Assembly: GCA_040757595.1 (NCBI GenBank)
Contig: JBFLWP010000002.1
Location: 231,832 to 263,831 of the forward strand
Length of the DNA: 32,000 nucleotides
Origin: Nitrospirota bacterium
Lineage (GTDB): Bacteria > Nitrospirota > Nitrospiria > Nitrospirales > Nitrospiraceae
Reading direction: 5' to 3'
Made by a program: the position numbers and the translations under genes. Positions 31,169-32,000 of this stretch are shown here, piece after piece; position 1 is the first letter of the stretch, and the number at the start of each line of letters is the position of its first letter. Below the pieces are notes generated by a model. The model saw only the letters and a program-made list of their open reading frames with translations. It did not search any database and had not been told where the DNA came from.

Positions 31169-32000
31169 ATGGCCATGTTGCGCACGACATCCGGAACCAG
31201 GCGGGTGGTGCTGGGGTTCTTCATCCTGCTCCTGTCGGTCGTCTTCGTCCTTCCCAAACAGAGCCAGGGGCTGCTGCAGAACGTCGGCAAGCCGATCGCC
31301 CAGGTCCTCGCCCTGCCCCTCGGGGCGTTCGCGGCGTTGGACCGCTCAGCGCGTGACCTGTGGGAGAGGTACCTGGCGCTCAGGGGCGTGGCCGAGGAGA
31401 ATCAGCGGCTGCGCCGCGAGGTGGAGGCCCTGCGGGGGCGGAACAACGAGCTGCGGGAGATCGCGGCGGCCGGGCAGCGCCTGACCGCGCTGCTGGCTTT
31501 GCAATCCAGCCAGGAGCTCCGGACCGTCGCCGCGCAGGTGATGGGGCGCGACGCGACGAACTGGTACCGGGGCCTCGTTCTGAACAAGGGCGAACGGGAC
31601 GGCATTCGGGCCGAGATGGGTGTGATGACGCCGGCCGGGGTCGTGGGGCGTGTGGTGAAGACCACGCCGGTCTCGTCGGTCGTGCTGCTGATCACGGATC
31701 CGAACAACGCGGTGACCGGGTTGATCCAGCGGACCAGAGACGAGGGCATCGTCGAGGGCACCGCGGAAGGCAAGGCGCGCATGAAATACATCCCGCTCCT
31801 CTCGACGGTGCGGCCCGGGGACGTCGTGGTGACGTCGGGGCTCACCGGCGGGTTCCCGAAGGGGCTCGCCGTCGGGACGGTCACCCGCATCGAGAAAGCC
31901 GAAGGGGACCTGTTCCAGTCGGCTGAGATCGTGCCCGACGTGGAGACCCGGAAAGTGGAAGAGGTGCTGGTGATCACGGACCCCCGTCCGCTCGGGACGG
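31169..32000 (+). CDS. mreC: Rod shape-determining protein MreC, 3' end outside the window
   Basis: Frame from ATG 31169: MAMLRTTSGTRRVVLGFFILLLSVVFVLPKQ...DATNWYRGLVLNKGERDGIRAEMGVMTPAGVVGRVVKTTPVSSVVLLITDPNNAV. No stop before 32000, hence absent from the ORF track. Confidence 0.93.
   Translation, partial: MAMLRTTSGTRRVVLGFFILLLSVVFVLPKQSQGLLQNVGKPIAQVLALPLGAFAALDRSARDLWERYLALRGVAEENQRLRREVEALRGRNNELREIAAAGQRLTALLALQSSQELRTVAAQVMGRDATNWYRGLVLNKGERDGIRAEMGVMTPAGVVGRVVKTTPVSSVVLLITDPNNAVTGLIQRTRDEGIVEGTAEGKARMKYIPLLSTVRPGDVVVTSGLTGGFPKGLAVGTVTRIEKAEGDLFQSAEIVPDVETRKVEEVLVITDPRPLGT

Overview
High-GC bacterial chromosome window; gene content and order are reminiscent of Nitrospira, though this is not proven from the sequence alone. 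The core backbone on the + strand is: 3' end of hisE, a HIT-family hydrolase, a conserved small protein, dnaG, rpoD, tRNA(CAT), several small hypothetical proteins, a DUF164-type zinc-ribbon protein, rnpB, ilvB-ilvN-ilvC-psd-pssA, a T-box leader, leuA-leuB, an NHL-repeat protein, asd, a DUF2905-like protein, a SpoIID-domain protein, queA, an RDD protein, mreB and mreC (truncated by the window end). Genes on the - strand are a degenerate response-regulator receiver protein, an RNase HIII-like protein, a glutaredoxin-like protein and a SurA-N-like protein. The accessory part is at ~0.7-5.8 kb. It holds a FitA/VapB-VapC type toxin-antitoxin operon bracketed by two near-identical ~183 bp direct repeats, followed by a visibly lower-GC two-gene module (2311-2961 and 2933-5806) that matches no family I can name and is the best candidate for an undescribed (possibly defence) system. 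Other notable signals are an intercistronic T-box leader with a CUC (Leu) specifier ahead of leuA, five intergenic inverted repeats built from short repeated words, an rnpB 3' end overlapped antisense by a glutaredoxin-like gene, a receiver domain missing its acidic pocket, and a palindromic operator-like site ahead of the toxin-antitoxin operon.
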